Assembly: GCA_903911145.1 (NCBI GenBank)
Contig: CAIWCD010000013.1
Coordinates: 1-64,000 of the forward strand
Direction of reading: 5' to 3'
Source: an uncultured delta proteobacterium
Lineage (GTDB): Bacteria; Myxococcota; Myxococcia; Myxococcales; 40CM-4-68-19
Length of the DNA: 64,000 nucleotides
Both the position numbers and the translations under genes were made by a program. The notes below the pieces were generated by a model that saw only the letters and a list, made by a program, of their open reading frames with translations, was not told the DNA's origin and did not search any database. This document shows, piece after piece, positions 26,980 through 36,550 of the stretch. The stretch's first letter is position 1, and every line of letters begins with the position of its first letter.

Positions 26980-28641
26980 CTAGATCGATTGGACCAGCAG
27001 CTTGCCCGGATTGAGGATCCCGTGCGGATCGAGCGTGGTCTTGACCGCGCGCATCGCCGCAACGCCGAGAGCGCCAATCTCCTGAGGATAGTACGGCGCG
27101 TGATCGGTACCGACCGCGTGGTGATGGGTAATGGTCGCGCCGCACGAGACAATGGCCTCGCACGCTGCCGTCTTCGCGGCCCGCCACTGCGCGAGTTCAG
27201 CCCCTTCCTCCTGGTTGGCGAGGAAGGTGAAATAGAGCGACGCCCCTGACTCATAGAGATGGGAAACGTGGCAGAGCACCAGCGGCGGCGTGCCGCGGGC
27301 CGCGAGTGTCTTCTGCAGCGCGCCGCGCACCGCATCGTAGAGAGGATGCAGTCCCGACCAGGTCGCCGCGGTCTCCAGCGTCTCGATGAATATTCCGCGA
27401 TCCATCAATTCGTCGCGCAGATATGGGCCGTGATATCGGCCGTGCTCCCACGCGTTGCCGATGGAAGCGCCCAGGCGCAGCCCGCCGGCACTCGCGAGAA
27501 CCGCTCTGGACGCGGTCTTGCGCACTTTCACGGAACTCCCTGTCCCCTCCCAGCCGACGATCGCAAGACAGCCGCCGCGATATCCACGCAGCCCGAGATA
27601 TCCATTGAGCAGGCGCTCTTTCGCGTGGGAAAGGCCCGCGAGCGCGAGGTTGGTGCGCGATTCATCGGCGTCGGAGAGGCGGCAGACGTCTGGGGCGCAC
27701 TGCTCCTGCGCAAGGCGCTGAAAGGCCTGCGTGCCTTCGCGCCAGCTGCGGAAGAACCAGCCTTCGAAGGCGCGCTTGTGCGGACGCGAATGCAGCTGCA
27801 GCGAAACCTCGGTGATCACCCCGAGCGTTCCCTCAGAGCCAACGATCAACTCGCGCAGATCGGGACCAGCCGCGGAGGCGGGACCACGGCCGACTCGCAG
27901 CTCGCCCGCAGGAGTCGCGACGCGCACGGCGGTGACCAGATCGTCGATGCGCCCATATCCCGTCGAGGCCTGGCCCGCGCTGCGCGTGGCGACATATCCG
28001 CCGATCGAGGCGTACTCATACGACTGCGGGAAGTGCCCGAGCGTCATCCCCTGCGTCGCGAGAAGCGCCTCGGCTTCGCCACCGCGCAGACCCGGTTCGA
28101 GGATGGCGACGTGCGACTGCGCATCGAGCGAGAGCAGGCGGCGCATGCGGGAGAGGTCGAGCGCAATCACAGAGGAGAATCGGCCGCGCAACGGCTCGAC
28201 GCCGCCGACGACGCTGGTGCCGCCGCCGAAGGGGACGATGGCGACGCCGCTCTTGGCGCAGAGCGAGAGGACCGATTGGACCTCGTCGTGGCTGTTCGGA
28301 AAAACGACGGCGTCGGGCGCGGACTCGGCATCGCCCGTGCGGCGTCGCCAGATGTCCGGATAGCTCTTGCCGCCAGCGTGCACCACGCGGCACTCGCGGT
28401 CGGTGCGCACATTCCCGGCGCCCACGATGGAGGCGAACAGCGCGAGCGACTCCGGCGGCAGCGCGCTCTCCCGCAACCGCACCGCGTCGAGCGCAACCGG
28501 AAGCGTCGCGCGGCCGGACCAGCCGATCTCCTGCTTCAGAAACGCCGAGGCCGACTCGGGGAGCGGACGACGACGGGCAGGATCGCCCCACCCGCTCCAG
28601 ACCATCTCCGGACTTGTTGCGCTTGGCTCAATCGGATTCAT
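26980..28641 (-). CDS. FAD-linked oxidoreductase, alkyl-dihydroxyacetonephosphate synthase-like
   Basis: WSGWGDP, PFGGGTSVVGG, GHFPQSYEYASIGGYVATRSAGQASTGYG, CHVSHLY, HHHAVG, LNPGKL; alternative start at 28605. Confidence 0.92.
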   Translation of the reverse strand: MNPIEPSATSPEMVWSGWGDPARRRPLPESASAFLKQEIGWSGRATLPVALDAVRLRESALPPESLALFASIVGAGNVRTDRECRVVHAGGKSYPDIWRRRTGDAESAPDAVVFPNSHDEVQSVLSLCAKSGVAIVPFGGGTSVVGGVEPLRGRFSSVIALDLSRMRRLLSLDAQSHVAILEPGLRGGEAEALLATQGMTLGHFPQSYEYASIGGYVATRSAGQASTGYGRIDDLVTAVRVATPAGELRVGRGPASAAGPDLRELIVGSEGTLGVITEVSLQLHSRPHKRAFEGWFFRSWREGTQAFQRLAQEQCAPDVCRLSDADESRTNLALAGLSHAKERLLNGYLGLRGYRGGCLAIVGWEGTGSSVKVRKTASRAVLASAGGLRLGASIGNAWEHGRYHGPYLRDELMDRGIFIETLETAATWSGLHPLYDAVRGALQKTLAARGTPPLVLCHVSHLYESGASLYFTFLANQEEGAELAQWRAAKTAACEAIVSCGATITHHHAVGTDHAPYYPQEIGALGVAAMRAVKTTLDPHGILNPGKLLVQSI

Positions 28642-28659
28642 GATGTTACATTCTTACAC

Positions 28660-29271
28660 ATGATGAAACATCGCAACACCGAGAAAGAGACCCGACAGAC
28701 TCCGCAAGCATCGCAGGCACGGATCCTCGAGGCGGCGAAGGAGAGCATCCTCGCGGTGGGTGTGCGGCGCACGAAGTTCACCGATGTTGCGCGCATCGCA
28801 GGCGTGAGCCGGATGACCGTCTATCGCCATTTCCCGGACACCACGTCCCTGGTCGGCGCGCTGATGACGCACGAGTTCGGCGCGCAACTGCAGGAGGTGC
28901 TCGCGCGCGCAGCCAAGCAGCGCACGGGTCGCGCACGGCTGGTCTTCGCGGTCGTCGGGGGAGTCGAGGCCCTCGCCGAACATCCACTCTTTCGCCGCGT
29001 CCTCGATGTCGATCCCGAGTTGCTCCTGCCTTATCTCGTGCAGCGCCTCGGCTCGACGCAGAAGGAGGCGCTTTCGCTGCTGCGCCAACTCCTCAAGGAG
29101 GGCCAGGCCGATCGCTCAATCCGGCGCGGCAACGACCAACTGATCGCGCACGCCCTGCTCTTCTCCGTGCAGTCGTTCCTCGTCGGCGGCCGCGTCGCGA
29201 CGCCGGGAATCGCGCGCACGGCGCTGATCGCGGAGCTCGAGACGCTCGTTGATCGGTACCTCGCGCCGTGA
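28660..29271 (+). CDS. TetR family transcriptional regulator
   Basis: ILEAA...GVRRTKFTDVARIAGVSRMTVYRHF. Confidence 0.93.
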   Translation: MMKHRNTEKETRQTPQASQARILEAAKESILAVGVRRTKFTDVARIAGVSRMTVYRHFPDTTSLVGALMTHEFGAQLQEVLARAAKQRTGRARLVFAVVGGVEALAEHPLFRRVLDVDPELLLPYLVQRLGSTQKEALSLLRQLLKEGQADRSIRRGNDQLIAHALLFSVQSFLVGGRVATPGIARTALIAELETLVDRYLAP

Positions 29272-30791
29272 CGAACTCGGCGCTCAATGCGGGTCGCCGC
29301 GGCGCCGAACTCGCTGAGCTGCGCCAGGGTGCACAGCTAGACCTGCTCGTCATCGGAGGTGGCATCACCGGGGCCGGCGTCGCGCTCGACGCTGCCTCGC
29401 GTGGACTCTCGGTCGCACTGATCGAACGCCGCGATCTCGCACACGGCACCAGCCGCTGGTCCTCGAAGCTGGTGCACGGAGGTCTTCGCTACGTCGCGCA
29501 GGGACACCTCGGCATCGCCTACGAGAGCGCGTGCGAACGAGGACACCTGCTCGACTGCATCGCGCCGCACCTCGTGCATCCCTTCTCGATGCTGCTGCCG
29601 TTTGGCGCGAGCACGAGCAACTTCGATGCGGGCCGGATGTGGCTTGGAACGGAGATCGTGAACGCCTTGCGCTTCTGCGCCGGGACGCCGCCGAGCACAC
29701 TTCCTCGCCCGCACACAGTGAGCGCGACCCAGGCGCTGGCGCTGGTCCCGACACTCAATCCGGATGGACTGCGCGGCGGCGTCGTCTACTCCGACGCACG
29801 CGTGGAGGACGACGCGCGACTGGTGCTCGCAGTCGCACGCACGGCGGCCTCTCTCGGCGCGCGCATCCTCACGAACGTTGCCGCCGAGTCGATCAGCGGC
29901 GAGAGCGCCCAGCTGCGCGATGGGCAGACCGGCGAGCGATTCGCCTTGCACGCGCGGCACGTCGTCAACGCCACGGGAGTCTGGGCGACGACGCTCTCGC
30001 CCGACTTGATGCTGCGGCCCTCGAAGGGAACGCACCTCGTGCTGCGCTCTTCTTCGCTGGGAGATCCGCAGGCGGCGATGACGGTGGGCGTGCGCGGCGA
30101 GAAGCACCGCTTCGTCTTTGCGCTCCCGCAACCCGATGGCACCACCTACGTCGGACTCACCGATGATCCACTCACCGGTCCGCTGCCCGAGGTGCCGAGC
30201 GCGACCGAAGAGGAGATCGCGTTTCTCCTCGATGCGATCTCAGGTCCGCTGCGCACGCCTCTGCGCCGCGAGGACGTGATCGGAACCTTCGCGGGGCTGC
30301 GTCCACTGCTGGAGCAGAGCGGAGCACAAAGAACGCAGGATCTCTCTCGACGCCACGCCGTCGTGCGCGGCCCGGATGGCGTGCTCAATCTGGTCGGCGG
30401 CAAGCTCACGACCTATCGGAAGATGGCGCAGGACCTGGTCGATCTGATCACCGCCACTCCCTGCGAGACGACGCGCATTCCGCTCGTTGGAGCAGGCAGC
30501 CCGGCCGAACTGCGCGCGATAGACGCCCCGCCCCGACTGGTGCGCCGATACGGAACGGAGGCCGCGAAGCTGATGGAACTCGCGCGGACCGACGCCGCTC
30601 TGCTCCGCCCGTTGCACCCAGAACTGCCTGTGCTCGGCGTCGAACTTCTCTTCGGCATCACGCACGAAGGAGCGCTCTCGCTCGACGACCTCCTCGACCG
30701 CCGGCTCAGGCTGGGCCTCATCCCGCGTGATCGCGCGCTGCTCGAACCCCTCGCACGACAACTCCTCGAGCTACACGCGCTGGTTCATTGA
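29268..30791 (+). CDS. glpD: FAD-dependent glycerol-3-phosphate dehydrogenase
   Basis: GGGITGAGVALDAASRG, GTSRWSSKLVHGGLRY, FAGLRPL, GGKLTTYR. Confidence 0.93.
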   Translation: MTNSALNAGRRGAELAELRQGAQLDLLVIGGGITGAGVALDAASRGLSVALIERRDLAHGTSRWSSKLVHGGLRYVAQGHLGIAYESACERGHLLDCIAPHLVHPFSMLLPFGASTSNFDAGRMWLGTEIVNALRFCAGTPPSTLPRPHTVSATQALALVPTLNPDGLRGGVVYSDARVEDDARLVLAVARTAASLGARILTNVAAESISGESAQLRDGQTGERFALHARHVVNATGVWATTLSPDLMLRPSKGTHLVLRSSSLGDPQAAMTVGVRGEKHRFVFALPQPDGTTYVGLTDDPLTGPLPEVPSATEEEIAFLLDAISGPLRTPLRREDVIGTFAGLRPLLEQSGAQRTQDLSRRHAVVRGPDGVLNLVGGKLTTYRKMAQDLVDLITATPCETTRIPLVGAGSPAELRAIDAPPRLVRRYGTEAAKLMELARTDAALLRPLHPELPVLGVELLFGITHEGALSLDDLLDRRLRLGLIPRDRALLEPLARQLLELHALVH

Positions 30792-30911
30792 ACGGGCGCG
30801 CGTGCTGTCTGGGCAGGGCCGATTCAGCTAATATAGAAGGTTTTGCCTCGGCAGATCGTTGCCAGATCGATCGCCGCCCGTTCACGATGGAGTGCCCCTG
30901 TGACTGACCAG

Positions 30912-32246
30912 ATGAAGCGCCTGCTGTTGCCGCTCGCAGGGATCTCCCTCGTGCTTGCAGCACTGGCGTGCAACGACAAGCTCCTCGGCATCGCCGGAAG
31001 CATCGTCGTAGCGCCCACGCACGTCGCGTTTCCGCAGGCGTCGGTCGGTTCGCTGCAGAGCGTGATCATCACGGTCGCGAACCAGGGCAGCGCCTCGCTG
31101 ACGATCGCGAACATCAAGGTCGCCAGCGATCCCAATCACGAACTCACGGTCTCCAATGTGCTCACGACCGACTGCACTGGCCTGCCTCGCACTGGAGGAA
31201 TGGTGCTCGCCCCCGCAGAGTGCGCGCGCTTCTCGGCGATCTGGACGCCGACCGCGGTGCACGCGGCCGCCGGCACGTTCGAGGTCGCCTCGTCCGATTC
31301 CCAGAATCCCGTGATCACGCTGCCCGTGAGCGGCACGGTCGAGGTCCCGGGCTGTGTACCCAACTGCAGCGCGACGGAGGCCTGCTGCGATTTGACGTGC
31401 GTCGACTCGCAGAGCAACCCACTGCACTGCGGTGGATGCAGCCCTTGCGGAGCCAACCAGCGCTGCATCCAGGGCATCTGCACGACGGACGTCGTCGACG
31501 CCGGCACCGATGCGGGAACGGACGCGGGAACCGATGCAGGCGCAGACGCCGGCCCTCTCTCCGCGACGGTCTGCCAGAGCCCGCAGGTCACCGCCGCGCT
31601 CTCCGGACTGCGCTGGGAACTTCCCTGCACGGGAGGCAATTCGACCTGCGGATGCCTCACCGGCGGACGTCAGGTCTTCACCGCAGTGCTCGATGGCGGG
31701 TCGAACACACAGTTCCTCGCGACGCTCCATTTCCGAGGAGAGGTCGAGCAGAAAACCTACGCAGGAGGGACAACCGATGGCGGCCTCTGGCAGGTCGGAG
31801 GTACCGCGCCGAACGACGGCTGGAATCTCTACGAGCTGGATATCTCGTCTCCGCCGCAGACCTATTTTCTCAACGCGGGCACCTCCGGGATCTGCCAGAC
31901 GTTCGCGATCGATCTCATCAAGACGCTGCCGATCAACTCCAGCGCGACCGTCACGCTGACGGCCGATCCGATGGATGGCGCGGAAAAGCCGAACGTGAGC
32001 GCCGATGGCGGCGTCGTGCTGGTTCCGGGAACCGCTCCTTATCCGCAGGCGTTCAATGGCCAGTTCATCGAGATGGACGTCGTCTCGCTGACGCCGCCGA
32101 TGGCGCACGACGCGGGAGTGAGTTGCGCGGTGGCGAACGGCGGCTGCGCCGTGAGCGCGACCTGCACCGATCTCGACGCGGGAGTTGTTCACTGCGCGTG
32201 TCCGCCGACGATGTCTGGAGATGGCTGCTCCTGCACGGGCGGATAG
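30912..32246 (+). CDS. Cys-rich lipoprotein with Ig-like (choice-of-anchor D-like) domain, DAGT linker and C-terminal EGF-like module
   Basis: Lipobox ALAC; ITVANQGSASLTI; CVDSQSNPLHCGGC; CAVANGGCAVSATC...CACP..GDG. Confidence 0.82.
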   Translation: MKRLLLPLAGISLVLAALACNDKLLGIAGSIVVAPTHVAFPQASVGSLQSVIITVANQGSASLTIANIKVASDPNHELTVSNVLTTDCTGLPRTGGMVLAPAECARFSAIWTPTAVHAAAGTFEVASSDSQNPVITLPVSGTVEVPGCVPNCSATEACCDLTCVDSQSNPLHCGGCSPCGANQRCIQGICTTDVVDAGTDAGTDAGTDAGADAGPLSATVCQSPQVTAALSGLRWELPCTGGNSTCGCLTGGRQVFTAVLDGGSNTQFLATLHFRGEVEQKTYAGGTTDGGLWQVGGTAPNDGWNLYELDISSPPQTYFLNAGTSGICQTFAIDLIKTLPINSSATVTLTADPMDGAEKPNVSADGGVVLVPGTAPYPQAFNGQFIEMDVVSLTPPMAHDAGVSCAVANGGCAVSATCTDLDAGVVHCACPPTMSGDGCSCTGG

Positions 32247-32340
32247 GAATCTGCACTCCGGCCCAGGCCTCGGTTCAGCGCTGTCGGAATTTCTACGCCA
32301 GGCAGTGGCGCATCTCCCGTGCGCCGACTATGAGTCGCGC

Positions 32341-33426
32341 ATGACCAACTCGATCTTTGCGCCATTCCAATTGGGTCCGATCACTCTGCAGAACCACATC
32401 GTGATGGCGCCGATGACGCGCTCCCGCGCTGTCGAGAACAACGCGCCGAATGCGTTGATTGCGACGTTCTATGCGCAGCGCGCGACGGCAGGACTGCTGA
32501 TTACCGAGGGCACATCCCCGTCGCCCAATGGCCTCGGCTATTCACGCATTCCCGGCCTCTTCAGCGAAGCGCAGGTCGCGGGCTGGTCCGAAGTTGCTCG
32601 CGCCGTGCACGCGGCGGGTGGGAAGATCTTCGTGCAGTTGATGCACACCGGGCGCGTCTCTCATCCGCTCAATCTCCCTGCTGGCGCTGAAGTCCTCGCG
32701 CCCTCGGCGGTCCGTCTTGATGGCACGATCTGGACCGACCAGCAGCAACTGCAGCCCTATCCGACGCCGCGCGCGATGACGACCGAGGAAGTGCAGACTG
32801 CGATTGCAGAATACGCGACGGCGGCGAAGAACGCGGTGCGGGCAGGATGCGACGGCGTCGAACTCCACGGCGCCAACGGATATCTGATTGAACAATTCAT
32901 CAATCCGCATACCAACCAGCGCACCGATCGATATGGAGGCAGCGTCGAGAACCGCATTCGCTTCGCGCTGGAGGTCGCGAAGGCCTGCGCGGACGCAATC
33001 GGATCCAATCGAGTCGGCATTCGCGTCTCGCCGTATGGTGCAGCGAGCGGAATGACACCATATCCCGAGGTCGACGCGACCTATGCGGCGCTCTCGGCGG
33101 GATTATCAAAGCTCGGCCTCATCTATATCCACGTCGTCGACCACTCGGCGATGGGCGCGCCGAACGTTCCCGACGAGGTCAAGGCGATCATCCGCAAGGG
33201 ATTCACTGGCGTCTATATCGCCGCGGGTGGTCTCGATACGCCGAAGGCGCAGGCGCTGCTCGACTCGAAGGCGGCCGATCTGGTCGCGTTCGGTCGGCCG
33301 TTCATCTCGAATCCTGACCTCGTGGCGCGCATGAAGAATGCCTGGCCGCTCACGGCGCCGGTCCCCGCGACGTTCTATACTCCGGGCGCAGCTGGATATA
33401 CCGACTATCCCGCCCACAGCGGATAG
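32341..33426 (+). CDS. nemA: Old yellow enzyme family alkene reductase
   Basis: MAPMTRSRA, QLMHTGR, ELHGANGYLIEQF, NQRTDRYGGS, FGRPFISNPDL, GYTDYP. Confidence 0.9.
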   Translation: MTNSIFAPFQLGPITLQNHIVMAPMTRSRAVENNAPNALIATFYAQRATAGLLITEGTSPSPNGLGYSRIPGLFSEAQVAGWSEVARAVHAAGGKIFVQLMHTGRVSHPLNLPAGAEVLAPSAVRLDGTIWTDQQQLQPYPTPRAMTTEEVQTAIAEYATAAKNAVRAGCDGVELHGANGYLIEQFINPHTNQRTDRYGGSVENRIRFALEVAKACADAIGSNRVGIRVSPYGAASGMTPYPEVDATYAALSAGLSKLGLIYIHVVDHSAMGAPNVPDEVKAIIRKGFTGVYIAAGGLDTPKAQALLDSKAADLVAFGRPFISNPDLVARMKNAWPLTAPVPATFYTPGAAGYTDYPAHSG

Positions 33427-33440
33427 CATATCGTCGCGAT

Positions 33441-34811
33441 GTGACCACCCATCGCGACGATAAGACCGACCCGCGTTACCGACCGCCCGCGCACGACGAC
33501 ACCGATCCCGGCCAGACCGCCGTCCCGCGCGGCCGGGTGAATACACGGCCGGTCGCTCGTTTCTATCCCGCCAATCCGCGCACGCTCGAGGATACCGGCC
33601 TCACGTCGTCTCAGATTGAAGCGAGCATCCTCAAGGCGCTCTTCTTCGTCACGGAGATGCGGGGCATCGACCTCGCCCGGCACCTTCGCCTGCCCACGCA
33701 GATCATCGAGCCGATGCTCGAGCAGCTGCGCCGGTTGAAACTGATTGATATCCGCGGCGGCAGCGGCCAGGGGTTCGGCCTCTCGACCATGATCTATGCA
33801 CTCGGCACGCTCGCGCAGGAGCCGCTCAAGCAGATCTTCGATCACGATCGCTATAACGGACCAGCGCCCGTGCCCTATCACGACTGGGTCACTGCGGTGC
33901 GCGCCCAGAGCATTCGCGGCGTGCGCGTGACCCACGATATGCTCAGCGAGAGACTCGGAGGAATGCATTTCCCCGATGAGCTGATCGATGGACTCGGGCC
34001 GGCCATCAACTCCGGCCGCTCGGTCTTTCTCCACGGCCCCTCGGGCAACGGCAAGACCTCGCTCTGCCGCCGCATCGCAAACTGCTATTCCTGGGATATC
34101 TACGTTCCATATGCGGTTGATATCGATGGATATGTCGTCAAGGTCTACGACGAGATGATCCATCGGCAGGTCACTGCGCGAGAAGGCGACCCGGCCACGG
34201 ACGAGCGATGGGTCCGCTGCCGTCGCCCGCTGGTGGTGGTGGGCGGCGAGCTGACGATGGATATGCTCGATATGGCCTATTCACCCGAAATGAAATTCTA
34301 TGAGGCGCCGCTGCAGATGAAGGCCTCCAACGGCGTGCTGCTCATCGACGATCTCGGCCGCCAACGGATTACCCCGCGCGAGTTGCTTAATCGCTGGATA
34401 TTCCCGCTGGAGAACGACGTTGATTATCTCAAGCTCGACGCCGGCAAGCGGTTCGCGATCCCCTTTGACGCCTTCCTCGTGTTCTCGACCAACCTCGATC
34501 CGAAAGAGTTGGTCGACGACGCGTTCCTCCGCCGCGTCCGCTACAAGATCAAGCTCGATGCGCCGCCCGTGCAGGTCTACAAGGAGATCTTCCGCGAGCA
34601 GTGCGAGCAGCGCGGCCTCGCGTATCTCGACGCGGAGATCGATACCTTCATCCGCTTCATGAACGAGAGCGCGCGACCGCTCGCAGCCTGCCAGCCCCGC
34701 GATCTCATCGATCAGATCAACGACCACGCCTTCTATCGCGGCGAGCGCCCGGCGGTGACGGCGGAGACGCTCTCGCGCGCAGCGCAGACCTACTTCGCCC
34801 AGTTCAAATAG
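33441..34811 (+). CDS. AAA+ ATPase of unknown function with N-terminal HTH-like region
   Basis: Walker A GPSGNGKT, LIDDLGRQ, FSTNLDP, AFLRRVRYK. Confidence 0.88.
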   Translation: MTTHRDDKTDPRYRPPAHDDTDPGQTAVPRGRVNTRPVARFYPANPRTLEDTGLTSSQIEASILKALFFVTEMRGIDLARHLRLPTQIIEPMLEQLRRLKLIDIRGGSGQGFGLSTMIYALGTLAQEPLKQIFDHDRYNGPAPVPYHDWVTAVRAQSIRGVRVTHDMLSERLGGMHFPDELIDGLGPAINSGRSVFLHGPSGNGKTSLCRRIANCYSWDIYVPYAVDIDGYVVKVYDEMIHRQVTAREGDPATDERWVRCRRPLVVVGGELTMDMLDMAYSPEMKFYEAPLQMKASNGVLLIDDLGRQRITPRELLNRWIFPLENDVDYLKLDAGKRFAIPFDAFLVFSTNLDPKELVDDAFLRRVRYKIKLDAPPVQVYKEIFREQCEQRGLAYLDAEIDTFIRFMNESARPLAACQPRDLIDQINDHAFYRGERPAVTAETLSRAAQTYFAQFK

Positions 34812-34819
34812 CGAGCGCG

Positions 34820-35395
34820 TCAGCGCCGGCGCGGAGGCTTGACGTCCTGCCCATAGCCGAGAGGAAAGTTTCCCGGCGCCTCCGGGTGCAGATCGAATCT
34901 CGCGTGCAGCCAGTCGAGCACGCACTGGGTCACCGCACCTTCGATCTGCAGTTCGCTCACCTCTCCGCCAATCGTGCGCACGTCGGTCTCGGGGCAGGGG
35001 CCAGTCACGAGACGAGAACTCGGCGCGCGCTCGACACGTAGCAACGCGGGACCGAGAAGGGCCAACGACGGCTCCTCCAGTTGCGCACGCTGAAGCGAAA
35101 TGAATGACGGTTCATTCTGCCCAACCACAACTGGAGGAAGGCGAGCCGCCAGCCGCTTGATCCTGCGCAGCAGCGCGGCATCGCGCGGAGTCAGTGGCGG
35201 CACGATCTCGACAGTGACCAGCGCGGGCCAGCGCATCAGCGCCTCGACGGCCGAATCGGAGATCGCATTCCCGTTTCCCAGCGAGACGGCCAGGCGCGTC
35301 TGCTCGGCGTACTTCTCAAGCGGACGCAACTGCCCGCGCGCCGCCGCGTCATGCGAGACGACGAGCAGCAACTGGGCGGCAAGCAGCGCGAGCAT
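34820..35395 (-). CDS. Hypothetical exported protein
   Basis: Hydrophobic N-terminus, last ORF of a co-oriented run. Confidence 0.6.
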   Translation of the reverse strand: MLALLAAQLLLVVSHDAAARGQLRPLEKYAEQTRLAVSLGNGNAISDSAVEALMRWPALVTVEIVPPLTPRDAALLRRIKRLAARLPPVVVGQNEPSFISLQRAQLEEPSLALLGPALLRVERAPSSRLVTGPCPETDVRTIGGEVSELQIEGAVTQCVLDWLHARFDLHPEAPGNFPLGYGQDVKPPRRR

Positions 35396-35417
35396 ATCGA
35401 TTCAACCTATCGAGCCA

Positions 35418-36188
35418 TCACTTCGCGTCGCGCTCCTGGTTCCACTTCGACCAGTTGTCGCTCTGCTCATCAGCCGCACTGAACGAAGACGGCTCGCCCG
35501 GCACGCCTTTGGACGAGACCGCGATCTCCATCTGCGCGCCGACCAGCTTCTCCCAGGCCGCGCGCGAGACCTCGTCAGGGCCCGCCACTTCGCGCCGCTC
35601 ACTCTTGCCGCCCTTGCTCGGGTTCTTCAGATCCGCGGCATAGATCGGGATCGGCTTGGCAACCGCGACCGCGCCCGCATAGACGCGCACGAGCACGCTC
35701 TGGTCTGCATGCGCATCGACGCGGAAGGTCGTCCCGCGCACGCCCGCGACGGCATTCTCCGTCTCGATGGCAAAGCGCTGATCTCCACTGACGGCCGACG
35801 TGACCTTCGCCCAGATGTTCCCGAAGAAGAGCTTGACGCTCAGCTTGCGCGTCTGCTCACCGGGCGAGAACTGCGCCTCGGTCAGCGCGATCTTCGCGCT
35901 CGGGCCAATGCGGATCACGCTCTTGTCGTCGAGCTTCAATTCGAGTCGGGACCGCAACTCCGTCGCGATCAGGTCGCCCTGCGAAAGTTCATCGCCAACC
36001 TTCAGCGGCCCCTCGACCGCGGCGCCGACCTCGGTGCGCGATGCCTTCCCCTCAAGAAATGTCACCTGCGCGGCGTGCGGCGGCTTCTTCGCAAGCTGCA
36101 GCGTGGCCAGCGGAGAGGCGAGCACGGCCCCAGCAACCAGAGCGAGACAACCCGCGCCCAGTGCGGTCCAGATGTGATTTCGCGTCAT
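35418..36188 (-). CDS. FecR domain protein
   Basis: GDLIAT...SRLELKLDDKSVIRIG, TENAVAGVRGTTFRV, VYAGAVAV. Confidence 0.88.
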   Translation of the reverse strand: MTRNHIWTALGAGCLALVAGAVLASPLATLQLAKKPPHAAQVTFLEGKASRTEVGAAVEGPLKVGDELSQGDLIATELRSRLELKLDDKSVIRIGPSAKIALTEAQFSPGEQTRKLSVKLFFGNIWAKVTSAVSGDQRFAIETENAVAGVRGTTFRVDAHADQSVLVRVYAGAVAVAKPIPIYAADLKNPSKGGKSERREVAGPDEVSRAAWEKLVGAQMEIAVSSKGVPGEPSSFSAADEQSDNWSKWNQERDAK

Positions 36189-36538
36189 GGTGCATCCCCT
36201 TGCGGAGCGCCCTGGCCCGAGGCCGAGAGAGCGATCGTGAGTGTCAGATTGTCCTGCGCCCCGACCATGATCGATCGGGTCGCGATGCTGCCGTTGCCGC
36301 GCAGCACCAGTCGATGTTCGCCCGCGGAAAGAAGGAGCCGATGGGGTCCCGCATAGTCACCCACTGCGCCGTAGGGAACTCCATCGACGGTCAACTCGGC
36401 GTCAGGCGCATCACAGTGCAGTTCAACCTTCGCGCGCCCGAGCGCAGCACCACCCGGACCAGCGCAGGCCGCAAGCGCACCAGACGCGAGCATCACCGTA
36501 CCCGGACCGTGCCAGCGCTCGCGCAGCGGGTGACGCAT
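36185..36538 (-). CDS. Small PEGA-domain lipoprotein
   Basis: LAAC lipobox; PDAELTVDG...LSAGEHRLVL. Confidence 0.72.
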   Translation of the reverse strand: MRHPLRERWHGPGTVMLASGALAACAGPGGAALGRAKVELHCDAPDAELTVDGVPYGAVGDYAGPHRLLLSAGEHRLVLRGNGSIATRSIMVGAQDNLTLTIALSASGQGAPQGDAP

Positions 36539-36550
36539 CGGCCGCGCGCT

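Noticed and set aside
27259..28659. Long N-terminal extension of the TetR ORF
   Set aside because: Antisense to the oxidoreductase; the TetR domain starts at about 28660
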